From: Chrysochromulina tobinii
Taxonomy: Eukaryota
Assembly: GCA_001275005.1 (NCBI GenBank)
Contig: JWZX01003235.1
Coordinates: 1-40,790, forward strand
Reading direction: 5' to 3'
Length of the DNA: 40,790 bases
Positions 10,455 through 19,597 of this stretch are shown here, piece after piece. The translations under genes were made by a program, and so were the position numbers. Numbering within the stretch: the stretch's first letter is position 1; each line of letters opens with the position of its first letter. The notes under the pieces are model-generated. The model did no database searches. It saw only the letters and a list, made by a program, of their open reading frames with translations, and was not told the DNA's origin.

Positions 10455-10636
10455 GAGGGCCTGCTGGGTGACGTGCGGATGGCACAAGGACCGATTAAAG
10501 GACACCGGGGAGTACTCCGGGGGAACCGGAACACACATGAGAAGAGTCCAGTACAGTACCGGTACCGGTAAAAAGACACCGGGGGGAGCCGGGACACACA
10601 CGTGACACCGGCACATAGACGTTCACACGCCTTCAC

Positions 10637-10647
10637 ACCCTAAAATG
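10637..10647 (+). repeat. Left target-site duplication ACCCTAAAATG, containing the ATG that opens the element ORF
   Basis: The identical 11-mer occurs at 17206-17216. Confidence 0.85.
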
Positions 10648-13600
10648 ATCGGAGGCTCACTTGAAACCGTCGAGGCCGCGCTGGGGCCGGCCTCCCGCAA
10701 GGCCGTCAAAGGCGCCCGAAGGTGCCGCACGGCCCCTCGAGTGCAGCTCCACGCCAATGCTGGCGGAATCAAAGAAGCCGCCAACGATGACCTCTCGGCG
10801 CATATCAAGGAAAGGGCAGGCGAAGCGGCCTATGTGACGGGATACGGGGTTCCTCACCCGTGGCCGGCGATGATGGCCGCGGGGCTGGCGACACTCGCCA
10901 ACGGCCTCGCCTCGCCCCAACGGACCCCAGCCACAATCGCCGCACATCTCGGGGTGGCGAGGGTTTTGTGGCTCTTTGGAATTCGAGAGAAGCCATGCGA
11001 AGCCGATATGAGCGCCCTTGTACACGAACTCGACCTCAACTGCCCAATCGAACGGCCCCTGTGGCTGCTCCTCCAACTCAACCATGGGCAAATGTCAATT
11101 CGGGATATCCATTTTGAGGCATGGTCGCCCCTCCGAGAAGAGAGATGGCCAGGGTACCCCGCCTTATGGATCGGCCTGTGGAGAGGGGCGATGGCGGACA
11201 GGCTCCGCCTACGAGGGTTGCGTTTCTGCCGCGCGCTAGCCAGAGCGGGCATTGCCGAGCTCGCCAACTTATGCCATCCTGTGGAACTTCGACTACTAAC
11301 GTTCGAAGAGCTGTCGCAGCGCAACCCGCGAGCCATTGAGCACGGGGTTCGGCCGGCGCGAAAGGAGCACGAGGCGCTCCTCGCCGCCCTCGCCGCCATC
11401 AACGCCGAAGCCGTTCCGGGCCGTGGAGGGTGGTCTCTGATTGACGCGGCGGAGGGATGGTCACCGGCGTACGTCCCGAAGGACTTTGGCTCCCACCAGA
11501 GGCAGTGCGCACGCGAAGCTGAGAGCGCCATCAGGAGCGGAGATGGAGGGCATCAGCTCGCCGCCCACTTAGGAGTGGACATAGAGCCGCCACTGGATAA
11601 GGCGCACGCCGACGACAATGAAGGCGAGTTATCCTCCGCCGAGGAGAAGAATAGCGCCAACGGCGAGGACAAGGCCACGGTGAGGGAGGCGCGCGATAAC
11701 GCCAGCAACCAGCCGGTACGGCGCAAGAGGAGCGGCGCGACCCAACCAGAGCCAGGACCAACGGCAAAGAGAACGAGCCTTCGCGCCCGGGTTGCTCACT
11801 GGCTGCCCGTGCCCGTGTTCATCAAATTTGCGGTTAATGACGAACGTGGTGAAGCGCTGCTGATGGCGTACACGCTCACCCCTTTCCTCGTCTACTGCAT
11901 GCTCCAGAGGTATCCCGAGCTCGAGGAGGTGATCCGCGCCCAGACTCAGAGCTCTGCAGTCCACAGCTGCTTCTGGACCACCAGCGAACGTGCGCGACAC
12001 GCGGTCACGATGGGATCGGCACTCGATCTCACCGGCGAGAATGCGAGGAGCATCGAAGAGGCGAAGGTACTCGGGCTCCAATGGGACGTGTGGGAAAGGC
12101 ACCACCGAGACCAACCGGCGAACCAGGAGCCAGCGGAGAGGAGGCCCCAACAGGCCCTTATCCAAACGGAGCCGGTAGGCGTGAGCCCCCAGCGCCCGGC
12201 TAAGATGCGAACTCGGGCTGCAGCTGCTGCTCGACCCCGGCCTCCTAACACAGCCCAAGTAGCCCCAGCCCAAGCGCGCACCGCACCACCAGTTCCCAGC
12301 GCTGCGGACGAGGATGAGCACGACGAACTCCTTGAGCTCATCCGCCGCAACCGCTGCGCGCGCGACGCGACACGTGCAGACGAGGCACGGTGCGAGGAGG
12401 ATCTACGCGCGCGTATGGACATAGGAATCAATCTGGAGAAGGCTCGACAGTTCCTCGAGGCGATCGCGGGCAAAAAAGAGGCATCGACGGTAGACGGTGA
12501 CGAGCTCCCCGGAGCCCAGCCGACGGTGACGGGGGCTAGACGCCTCGAGGCATGGCAGCTCGAGGAGGAGCTGCCTATCGACCCTTCAGCCCCTCCCCTC
12601 TCCTGTGCCCAACTGCGGCGCGAGGCACTCACCCCCCCACTGGAGACAGACGAGACGTGCCGAGTCATACGAGCAACCGACCCCTTTGGAGTCCTTGCCA
12701 TTGCGCTGCACCCGGACAGACCCCCTCACGACCAAGAAGTTCACAGGGCCTTCGTCGCTGTACGGGACAGGCTAGAGCGAGAACAGGGTCGATGGGACCG
12801 GGGGCCCACGGTGAGGCACCCACGGCGAGCGGCTGCGAGACGAGCAGTCCAAGCAGCGTGGCACGCGACACGTGGACGCGCCTCACGCCTGATCCTGTGG
12901 GGCAGATGGACGGCGTCCATGAGGGGCCCCATCACCACCACACTGCAGAGCCTCGTCGACACCGCCGCTCTGGAGAAGGTTGCAAACTCGACCGATGCAG
13001 CCCAACCCGGCAAGTACCCGGGGCGCACCGTCGGCGGGGAAATCGCAGAGCTCTTAGCGAAGGCTGCACCGGACGGAGAGAACGCGGCGACAGCCCGCGT
13101 CGAAGCTCACTACCGCCACTCTCGGCGTGGCGCTCGCATAGTAGCGGCGGGCTTCGTCAGGTACTCACGAGAGTTTGTGGACGGACCGGACCCCTTCCAG
13201 AGTGCGAGACTGGTCCGCACGGCGGCGTGGGAAGACATCAGCTACGAAGGAGACGACCAGGCCTGTTACCCGACGGCCCAACTGGCACTCTTTGGACAAG
13301 CCGGGGCCCAGATGACGACGTTCGTAACTTACCCCAAGGCGGTCCGCCGCGCGGTAGGCGACCATCTTATCAGGCACGATAAGATGGATTCAGAGGAGAG
13401 GCTGGCTCACGCCAAGACACTCCTCAACGCCCTCGACAATGGCGGTTCGGTCACAACGTGGGCGGTCAAGCTCGGTGACGCCTACCGAACAGGGGCGGTG
13501 GCCGACACGAACCTTCAGCTCGACCTACCCGAACAACGTACCTTCAACGTTGCCAGGTTCGCGGCGGAGGCAGATGCGGGGGCCACGTGGCTGGAAAGGC

Positions 13601-16600
13601 GGCGACCGGCGCTGGTCGAGTTTGTGACCAACACCAACCGGCACATGGGCGACGGAGCGCGCCGCCACGTACTCACGGCGAAATCTTTTGTCCTTCAGGA
13701 CTACGAGGGCGCCTCGAGGGCTGCAAAGACAGAATGGGCGAGGGTGACGGGAGGGGAGATCATCAGCCTACAACACGACGGGGTGCGCATCAGGCTTGGA
13801 GCGAGGTGGCGGGCGGAGAGTGCAGCTAGAGCCCTCACGGAGACGTGCTCGGCCGTGCTGGGGTATAGGCAAACGGTCGCCGTCAAGTCGCTAGCGACAG
13901 CCGAAGAGACCGGAAGACGGACGACCAAACCCCAGCGCATCCCGGCGCCCGTCGTGCAGGTCGAGCAACCTCTCCTCTCTCGCGGCGCCAACCCCCGAAA
14001 TGGCGACGCCCGCGCTGCGCTCGAGCTCGCTATGGCGGCGATGGCGGGAACATCGACCCCCGCAGCCTGTGTCGATCAACATTTGGCAGGCGCTGATCAA
14101 CTGGATCTTGACGGGCGCCGAAGGAGAGCCGTCTACTCCTATGACGGCCAGCCTGAACCGGAGCAACGAGTGTGGCGCACGCGGGTGCAAGGAGGGCACC
14201 ACGTTGAGTGGCGGGGCAGGGGACAAGAGTGGCTCGAGAAGGTCACGAAGGAGTACAAGATCGACGCAGATGGCGCAGTGCAGGGCAACCCGCTAGCACA
14301 GCACGTCCCCCTGGCCGCAAGGTTTTGGTGGGAGTGTCAAAAGCTGTGCAAGGAAAAGAAGGCCAACGCGAAAGAGTGCAGATTTGTATTCGCCCAACTT
14401 CTTCGCATTGAGGCCGAGTACCCGGTCACGCATTTCGTCGCCTCCGACGGCAGCAAGGGCCGAACGGGGCCGGACGAGCAGATGCGGATCGGACGGGCCT
14501 GTATCGTCCTCGACAAGCTCAACGCAAAGGCGACTGAAATTGGCGGCGAGCTCGACATCCAATTCGACAACTTTGAACGACACTCGTACGAGGCGGAACT
14601 TGCGGCGTTTCACGACCATCTCGCGGCCACCGCCGACACCGTCACAGTCTTTATCACCGATTGCCTCAGCGGAGCTCAAGCGGGCCAAGCTTATGAGGCT
14701 CGCACCGACGCAGGGATGAGGGCGTGCTACCGCAGCAAGGAGCTCGACAACCTTGACCGCCTCGAGCAACGGCACCGAGCTGTCATCTACGTCCACGTGC
14801 GCTCCCACAAGGGCATCATCCCGAACGAGGCTGCCGATGTCATCGCGGATAAGATGCGCGAGGGCGGCGCCAAGAGCTACCTCCACCTCGACATCATGCC
14901 TTCCAGGCACGCGCTCTGCACCTTCAAGGGGGTGAAGCGAAGCATTGGTCGCGCCGGGCTCGACTGGTGCAACGCGGCGGTGGTGAATCACCTCCTGGGG
15001 GCCGTAGTCTACACCCTCCTCCCCAACAAGTTCACGTGGGAGCCCTTTCGGAACTCCCCCGTGAAAGGTAGGGTAATGACCGAGGCGACCTATGACGCGC
15101 TGGCCGACTGCCGTGCCAATCGGGGTGGGCTCAACGGAGATCGACGAGAAGATGACCCAGACAAGCCCCCGCCGCCGGTGGATAAGGATCAGGCATGGGC
15201 ACGAATGGAGAGGCGGAGCCGGCGCGGATCCTTTGACCGATGGGCGCAGAACCACGCTCCGTGCCCAGGGTGCTCAGGTTTTGCGTGCGGCGAGTGCACG
15301 GTTGAGGGGCTCTGGAACATGAATGGCCCGGCCCAGACCAGATGGCACGTGCTCACGGAGTGCGCAGACGTGCGGCTCACCGAGCTCCGACTCAAGGCGG
15401 CCGAATGGCTCTCGAACAAGCTCGAACAATTCGGCAGGGAAGCGCAATGGGCGCTGGCCGCCCTTTCGGGCGCAGGGAACCAGCTACGACCCGATCAGAG
15501 AATGGCCGCCCTGCGGTTCATGCTCGGCTTACCCAACGGGGTCGCGCCCGAATGCCGTGATGGCGAGTCCAAGCTTGCAAAAGGCTACGGGAAAGGGTTT
15601 CTCAAGTGGATTGGCGAGATCATCCGCACAGCGGGTAGGACAGCGCAGACGGCCCGCTCGGGGCCGGACCGACCCACCGTACAAGTTCGGTGGCTCCAAA
15701 CCGAAGGCCGTGCCAAGTGGACGTCGACACGAACAAAGTGGATGGCGACGAGAGGGTGGAGGGAGGTACACGAGGGGGCCGGCCAGGTGAGGACGTGCTT
15801 CAGAGCCCTGCGCACATGGGCAGCGGCGGCGGGACCGAACGCCCTACGACAGCACAAACAAGCGCGCCAAGTCCAGAAAGGCGGTGCCGGCTCCTTTTTC
15901 ACCCCGACGCCGGATGAGACCCGATGCGGCAACGCGGCGTACGATGAGTGGTCCACCCTCATCACCCAAAGGGCGGTCGCACCTTGCTTCGCGAAGTGGG
16001 TCGCCCTCGTCACCCAACCGGCTAACGCGGCCGCCCCCCCGAACCCCGGGGGACAGGGCTCCGCAGCCGATAGGGAGGCCGAGCGCCGAGCGCGCGCACG
16101 GCGGGTGTGGCTACGCCACGCCGGCTACGATCCGGACCTCACCAGACGGGTGGACGAGGCAGCCAAAACGGAGAGCGACGCCAAGGAGCAAGTGCGCGCT
16201 GACAGGCGGGATGCTTGCAACCGGAAGCGGGACGCGAGGGCTGCGGGCAAGCGTAACCGCGCGGAGGCACGCACGGCGAGGAACGACGACAAAGCCACAC
16301 AGGCGAAAGTTGCCGACGCCGCCAACGCAGCCCAGTCGGCTGCAGTGGGACGAAGCAAACGAGCCTCACACGCAACCACGAACGCCGCCATCCACGCCGC
16401 CAAAAAAGTCTCCCAGAGGCCGGAAACACAGGACGGGGAGACGAGACCCACTGCCTCGGCAGACCCACTGACACGCCGGTGCGAACGCCCAAAGTGCACC
16501 ATGGGCCATTTCCTCCATCGGTCGAGCGGCGCCGACACCGCCGACTCGATACGGTGTAACGGACCGTGCCAACGGGTCATCCCCAGAGGCGAGGAACGAA

Positions 16601-17112
16601 TCAGCTGCTGCGGCACGGAGTGCGACGTCGACATCTGCATACCGTGCACGGGGGAAGGGACGAGGGAGCGCGACGGGTTCCCCCCACCGACGTGCACAGC
16701 GGGCCATACCCTGACCTTCGCGAGGAGAGGGCCCCCGAGCGGAGATGGGCTGAAGTGCGACGGGGAATGCGGACGCCGCATTCACGAAGGCGTGTGGAGG
16801 TACAGCTGCGAAACCTGTGACGCCGACTGGTGCGCCTCGTGCGAACGCACGAGCCATGAAGAGAGGGCCACCAAGAGAGCGCGGAGGGGGGGTGAGCGGA
16901 CTCCGCCAGCGCAGTTCGGAAAGGAGGTGCCGAAACGAGGGCAGACGGGGGAACCAGCGATGGTGCGCGCGCGGCGCGCGGTACGCAGTACAGAGTCGGC
17001 CCGGCCTAGCGCCGGGACCGACGATGCCAGGGGGCCCTCCAAAAGGGGGCCCCCGACGGCTGAGCCCCCTGAGCCCGCACTTGATCAGAGAGGCTCCCGT
17101 CAACGTGTGTAA
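10645..17112 (+). CDS. 2155-aa retroelement polyprotein: RT-thumb-like remnant, J-like domain, TV-Pol/PolA-like polymerase, RNase H, CCHC knuckle, two Cys-rich zinc fingers
   Basis: PolA-like motifs YEGDDQACYP (13243-13272), AKTLLNALDNGG (13411-13446), SFVLQDYE (13684-13707) and SLQHDG (13765-13782). RNase H motifs ASDGS, EAEL, FITDC and HVRSHKG..NEAAD (14431-14853). CPGC...TRWHVLTEC (15262-15363). Two C.xGH.L..C.G.C..SC..CD.D.C..C repeats (16480-16842). Confidence 0.8.
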   Translation: MIGGSLETVEAALGPASRKAVKGARRCRTAPRVQLHANAGGIKEAANDDLSAHIKERAGEAAYVTGYGVPHPWPAMMAAGLATLANGLASPQRTPATIAAHLGVARVLWLFGIREKPCEADMSALVHELDLNCPIERPLWLLLQLNHGQMSIRDIHFEAWSPLREERWPGYPALWIGLWRGAMADRLRLRGLRFCRALARAGIAELANLCHPVELRLLTFEELSQRNPRAIEHGVRPARKEHEALLAALAAINAEAVPGRGGWSLIDAAEGWSPAYVPKDFGSHQRQCAREAESAIRSGDGGHQLAAHLGVDIEPPLDKAHADDNEGELSSAEEKNSANGEDKATVREARDNASNQPVRRKRSGATQPEPGPTAKRTSLRARVAHWLPVPVFIKFAVNDERGEALLMAYTLTPFLVYCMLQRYPELEEVIRAQTQSSAVHSCFWTTSERARHAVTMGSALDLTGENARSIEEAKVLGLQWDVWERHHRDQPANQEPAERRPQQALIQTEPVGVSPQRPAKMRTRAAAAARPRPPNTAQVAPAQARTAPPVPSAADEDEHDELLELIRRNRCARDATRADEARCEEDLRARMDIGINLEKARQFLEAIAGKKEASTVDGDELPGAQPTVTGARRLEAWQLEEELPIDPSAPPLSCAQLRREALTPPLETDETCRVIRATDPFGVLAIALHPDRPPHDQEVHRAFVAVRDRLEREQGRWDRGPTVRHPRRAAARRAVQAAWHATRGRASRLILWGRWTASMRGPITTTLQSLVDTAALEKVANSTDAAQPGKYPGRTVGGEIAELLAKAAPDGENAATARVEAHYRHSRRGARIVAAGFVRYSREFVDGPDPFQSARLVRTAAWEDISYEGDDQACYPTAQLALFGQAGAQMTTFVTYPKAVRRAVGDHLIRHDKMDSEERLAHAKTLLNALDNGGSVTTWAVKLGDAYRTGAVADTNLQLDLPEQRTFNVARFAAEADAGATWLERRRPALVEFVTNTNRHMGDGARRHVLTAKSFVLQDYEGASRAAKTEWARVTGGEIISLQHDGVRIRLGARWRAESAARALTETCSAVLGYRQTVAVKSLATAEETGRRTTKPQRIPAPVVQVEQPLLSRGANPRNGDARAALELAMAAMAGTSTPAACVDQHLAGADQLDLDGRRRRAVYSYDGQPEPEQRVWRTRVQGGHHVEWRGRGQEWLEKVTKEYKIDADGAVQGNPLAQHVPLAARFWWECQKLCKEKKANAKECRFVFAQLLRIEAEYPVTHFVASDGSKGRTGPDEQMRIGRACIVLDKLNAKATEIGGELDIQFDNFERHSYEAELAAFHDHLAATADTVTVFITDCLSGAQAGQAYEARTDAGMRACYRSKELDNLDRLEQRHRAVIYVHVRSHKGIIPNEAADVIADKMREGGAKSYLHLDIMPSRHALCTFKGVKRSIGRAGLDWCNAAVVNHLLGAVVYTLLPNKFTWEPFRNSPVKGRVMTEATYDALADCRANRGGLNGDRREDDPDKPPPPVDKDQAWARMERRSRRGSFDRWAQNHAPCPGCSGFACGECTVEGLWNMNGPAQTRWHVLTECADVRLTELRLKAAEWLSNKLEQFGREAQWALAALSGAGNQLRPDQRMAALRFMLGLPNGVAPECRDGESKLAKGYGKGFLKWIGEIIRTAGRTAQTARSGPDRPTVQVRWLQTEGRAKWTSTRTKWMATRGWREVHEGAGQVRTCFRALRTWAAAAGPNALRQHKQARQVQKGGAGSFFTPTPDETRCGNAAYDEWSTLITQRAVAPCFAKWVALVTQPANAAAPPNPGGQGSAADREAERRARARRVWLRHAGYDPDLTRRVDEAAKTESDAKEQVRADRRDACNRKRDARAAGKRNRAEARTARNDDKATQAKVADAANAAQSAAVGRSKRASHATTNAAIHAAKKVSQRPETQDGETRPTASADPLTRRCERPKCTMGHFLHRSSGADTADSIRCNGPCQRVIPRGEERISCCGTECDVDICIPCTGEGTRERDGFPPPTCTAGHTLTFARRGPPSGDGLKCDGECGRRIHEGVWRYSCETCDADWCASCERTSHEERATKRARRGGERTPPAQFGKEVPKRGQTGEPAMVRARRAVRSTESARPSAGTDDARGPSKRGPPTAEPPEPALDQRGSRQRV

Positions 17113-17205
17113 AGTGTGTCTGTGTGAGCGCCTCCCACGCACGCCTTTTCGGGGCTTGTGGGTGTGTGTCTGGCCGAGAGGGCCCTGAAACGAACGAACG
17201 AACGA
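10648..17205 (+). mobile_element. 5'-truncated non-LTR (LINE-like) retrotransposon, about 6.56 kb
   Basis: 11-bp TSD, short 3' UTR and an (AACG)4 tail abutting the right TSD. The ORF has RNase H and a LINE-type CCHC knuckle. Its N-terminus resembles the post-RT thumb region. No RT or endonuclease core is visible, consistent with truncation. Confidence 0.8.
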
Positions 17206-17216
17206 ACCCTAAAATG
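17189..17216 (+). repeat. (AACG)4 3' tail of the retroelement plus right TSD ACCCTAAAATG
   Basis: AACGAACGAACGAACG at 17189-17204, then A, then the TSD at 17206-17216. Confidence 0.85.
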
Positions 17217-18269
17217 TCGCGATTGCCTTTCCACCTCTTGTTCTTCATGGGCTTGGCCGCGGGCCCTGTGGTCGTGGACCCCGCAACGGGCATTGTGACG
17301 CCCGATTTCCTGGCGAGCGAGCAGCTCTTCTACGAGCAGCTCGCCAAACCACATTTCAGCTCGCAGCAGATGGAGTATATCGACGGTGCATCCAGCACTG
17401 TGCTCCGGAACCCATATTCAATCTTGCATTCTGGCCTCGATGAGCTCTTCGTGGCGTCGTTCACGCTCAATCATGTCGTGCGGCTTCGTTGGATGACGGG
17501 CAAACGCGCCCAATACAAGGTGTTCGCATCCGGGAAGGAGCTTGACGGGCCGGTGGGCATGGCGCTGCACAGGGGTGCGCTCTTCATTGCATCGTTCACC
17601 AACGACCTCGTGCTGCGCGTGAACGCGACCAGTGGTGAGCTGCTCGGGCGCATAGGCTCCGATGAGACGCTCGACTGCCCCGAAGGCATTGCCATCGGTC
17701 CCGATGGCGTCCTGTACGTGGCCTCTTTCCTACTGCCCCACCTCTCTATGTTTGACCCAGAATCTGGTGCGTACCTGGGCAAATTTGGCGCGTCTGCGGG
17801 CACATCGGTCGCCTTCGCGAGCACCAAGACGCCCGGGCCCTCCTTGCGCGGCGCCGAGGACTTGACATTCGACCTGCTCGGCGATGTTCATGTCACGGCC
17901 TACTACTCGAATGCCATCTTCAAGTTCAACGGCACGAACGGCCAGATCGTGAGCTCGTACGGCAAGGGTTTCGTCAACGGACCGGTAGGCATCACGTGCG
18001 ATCGTGCAAGTGGCCACATTTTCGTCAGCTCGTACAAGGACCACAAGGTCCTCCGCTTCTCTCCTCTCGGCCAGTTCATTGGCGTCGCCGCGGGCGCTCC
18101 GATGGAGCAACAGAGGAAGCTCGGAGACCCAAACGCCCCCATCCGCAACCCAAGCGGACTGGCCTTTGCGGAGGATGGCACGCTCTGGGTCGCATCTTAT
18201 CCGACAGGAGCCATCACAAGGTTCAACAACAGCGCCGCCACCGGCCGCACTTGGAGGGTAGTCGACTAG
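17214..18269 (+). CDS. NHL-repeat / beta-propeller protein, probably secreted
   Basis: Signal-peptide-like start MSRLPFHLLFFMGLAAG. Repeats LDGPVGMAL, LDCPEGIAIGPDGVLYVAS, LRGAEDLTFD, VNGPVGITCD and IRNPSGLAFAEDGTLWVAS. Confidence 0.8.
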   Translation: MSRLPFHLLFFMGLAAGPVVVDPATGIVTPDFLASEQLFYEQLAKPHFSSQQMEYIDGASSTVLRNPYSILHSGLDELFVASFTLNHVVRLRWMTGKRAQYKVFASGKELDGPVGMALHRGALFIASFTNDLVLRVNATSGELLGRIGSDETLDCPEGIAIGPDGVLYVASFLLPHLSMFDPESGAYLGKFGASAGTSVAFASTKTPGPSLRGAEDLTFDLLGDVHVTAYYSNAIFKFNGTNGQIVSSYGKGFVNGPVGITCDRASGHIFVSSYKDHKVLRFSPLGQFIGVAAGAPMEQQRKLGDPNAPIRNPSGLAFAEDGTLWVASYPTGAITRFNNSAATGRTWRVVD

Positions 18270-18550
18270 TAGTAGTGTACGGGGACGAGGGTAGTTGAGC
18301 GAGGCGGCGCTTAGTTATGACTTATGTGCGAATCAGACACTCAGGGAGATTTTGTGTGTGTGTACAACAGCCGTAGCTGAATTCTTTTGTGTGAATCACC
18401 GAGAGTGCATTTAAACAAGTCGACTATATACAAGGGCGCGCAGTGAATTCCGTTCGAGCTGGTCTTCGAGCTTCGACCTCCATTCGATTCAGCAGACCGG
18501 CAGTCCAGCACCGAATAACGTAAACGCGCAGCTCACTGCATGCAGGACCG

Positions 18551-19597
18551 TCATGACGCGCCGTTTTCTCCTGGGACTTCATCTGCTTCTGATGAAAGTT
18601 TGCTGCGCTTCCGATTCGGCTCCTCGCCGGGTATCTCTTCCGGTGTGTCGACGCCCTGATCGCCCGGACGACCTTCCCAAACCTCCTCCCAAACTTGGCG
18701 CACGTTGATGTTGACCCGATGTTCCAAGAGCCATTCGGAGACCAACGCGAGCTCGGGATCGCTCGGCACGCGACTCGGGTGCAGCTCAGGCGCGAGTGAG
18801 CCGGCGAGCACGCGTGGCACCCCGTGCACGAAGCGGCGCGACTCGCCTCCTTGCAAGATCACGTCACCGGAGCGCACGAGAATTGGAATAGGCTCCACAG
18901 CCTTCGTCGAGCCACCGAGCAGATAGATGGCCTCGAGGCCGAGGGAGATGGAGACAATAGGTGCCGACTGGCAAGGTTCAGCATCGTCCAGGTGGCCACC
19001 CATGGTCGAGCTCGGTCCGTACAAGTTGACGATCGCAGCCTCCGGCCGCAGCTCCCAGCCGCACGCAGCAGCCAGATCAGCACTTAGGCGCTCCAAATCG
19101 CGTGGGAATGGGCAGCGCACCTCGGGCACGTACGCGCGCTGCGTCCACTGGTACTGGTATCCGAGGGTCGCCCAGGTCAGGCGCGAGAGCAGTGAGCCAT
19201 CCGGCGCTCGATGATGGCGCTCCCATAGGTTGTCATGTGGGCCCTTTTCGTGGATGACAAGATTAGTTGCCGCGGGCGGCTCGATCCATTCGCGCAGTGA
19301 TCTACGGACGAGACGTAGTTGGTGCTCGTGGTCAAAGGGGCATCGTATGAAGCGAAAGCCGTCCACTCCGCGTATCGAATAGATGCGTGCAGAACGTAGC
19401 CACTCAGGCGCGCCTATGGCCACTTCTTCCACGGTGGCACCTGCGGCTTCAGCACTATCGAAATCGAGGACGCGATCCATGAGCTGTGGGTCCGTCTGCC
19501 GACCGTCTTTGTATGCTTTGAATGCCTTCTCTGCCGCCTTGTACAGGTTGGGCAGTGCACTAGCCTCCGTAGCCTCTACAGCGGACAGCAACTCCAT
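18551..19597 (-). CDS. ALKBH1: AlkB homolog 1-like 2OG-Fe(II) nucleic acid dioxygenase
   Basis: LTWATLGYQYQWTQRAY, PEAAIVNLY..MGGHLDDAE (HxD), PIVSISLG, RSGDV..GGESR..HGVPR and RVNINVRQV. First ATG is at 19597. Confidence 0.88.
   Translation of the reverse strand: MELLSAVEATEASALPNLYKAAEKAFKAYKDGRQTDPQLMDRVLDFDSAEAAGATVEEVAIGAPEWLRSARIYSIRGVDGFRFIRCPFDHEHQLRLVRRSLREWIEPPAATNLVIHEKGPHDNLWERHHRAPDGSLLSRLTWATLGYQYQWTQRAYVPEVRCPFPRDLERLSADLAAACGWELRPEAAIVNLYGPSSTMGGHLDDAEPCQSAPIVSISLGLEAIYLLGGSTKAVEPIPILVRSGDVILQGGESRRFVHGVPRVLAGSLAPELHPSRVPSDPELALVSEWLLEHRVNINVRQVWEEVWEGRPGDQGVDTPEEIPGEEPNRKRSKLSSEADEVPGENGAS

Noticed and set aside
10645..17112. Reading the long ORF as an intact autonomous RT element, LTR/DIRS element or Polinton-like virus
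   Set aside because: I found no RT core (YxDD in RT context), integrase, tyrosine recombinase, capsid or Walker-A helicase motif, and there are no LTRs or TIRs.
10453..17184. GAGAGGGCC at 10453 and near 17175 as LTR or alternative element boundaries
   Set aside because: Only about 9 bp match with no extension. The 11-bp ACCCTAAAATG pair next to the (AACG)n tail explains the boundaries better.
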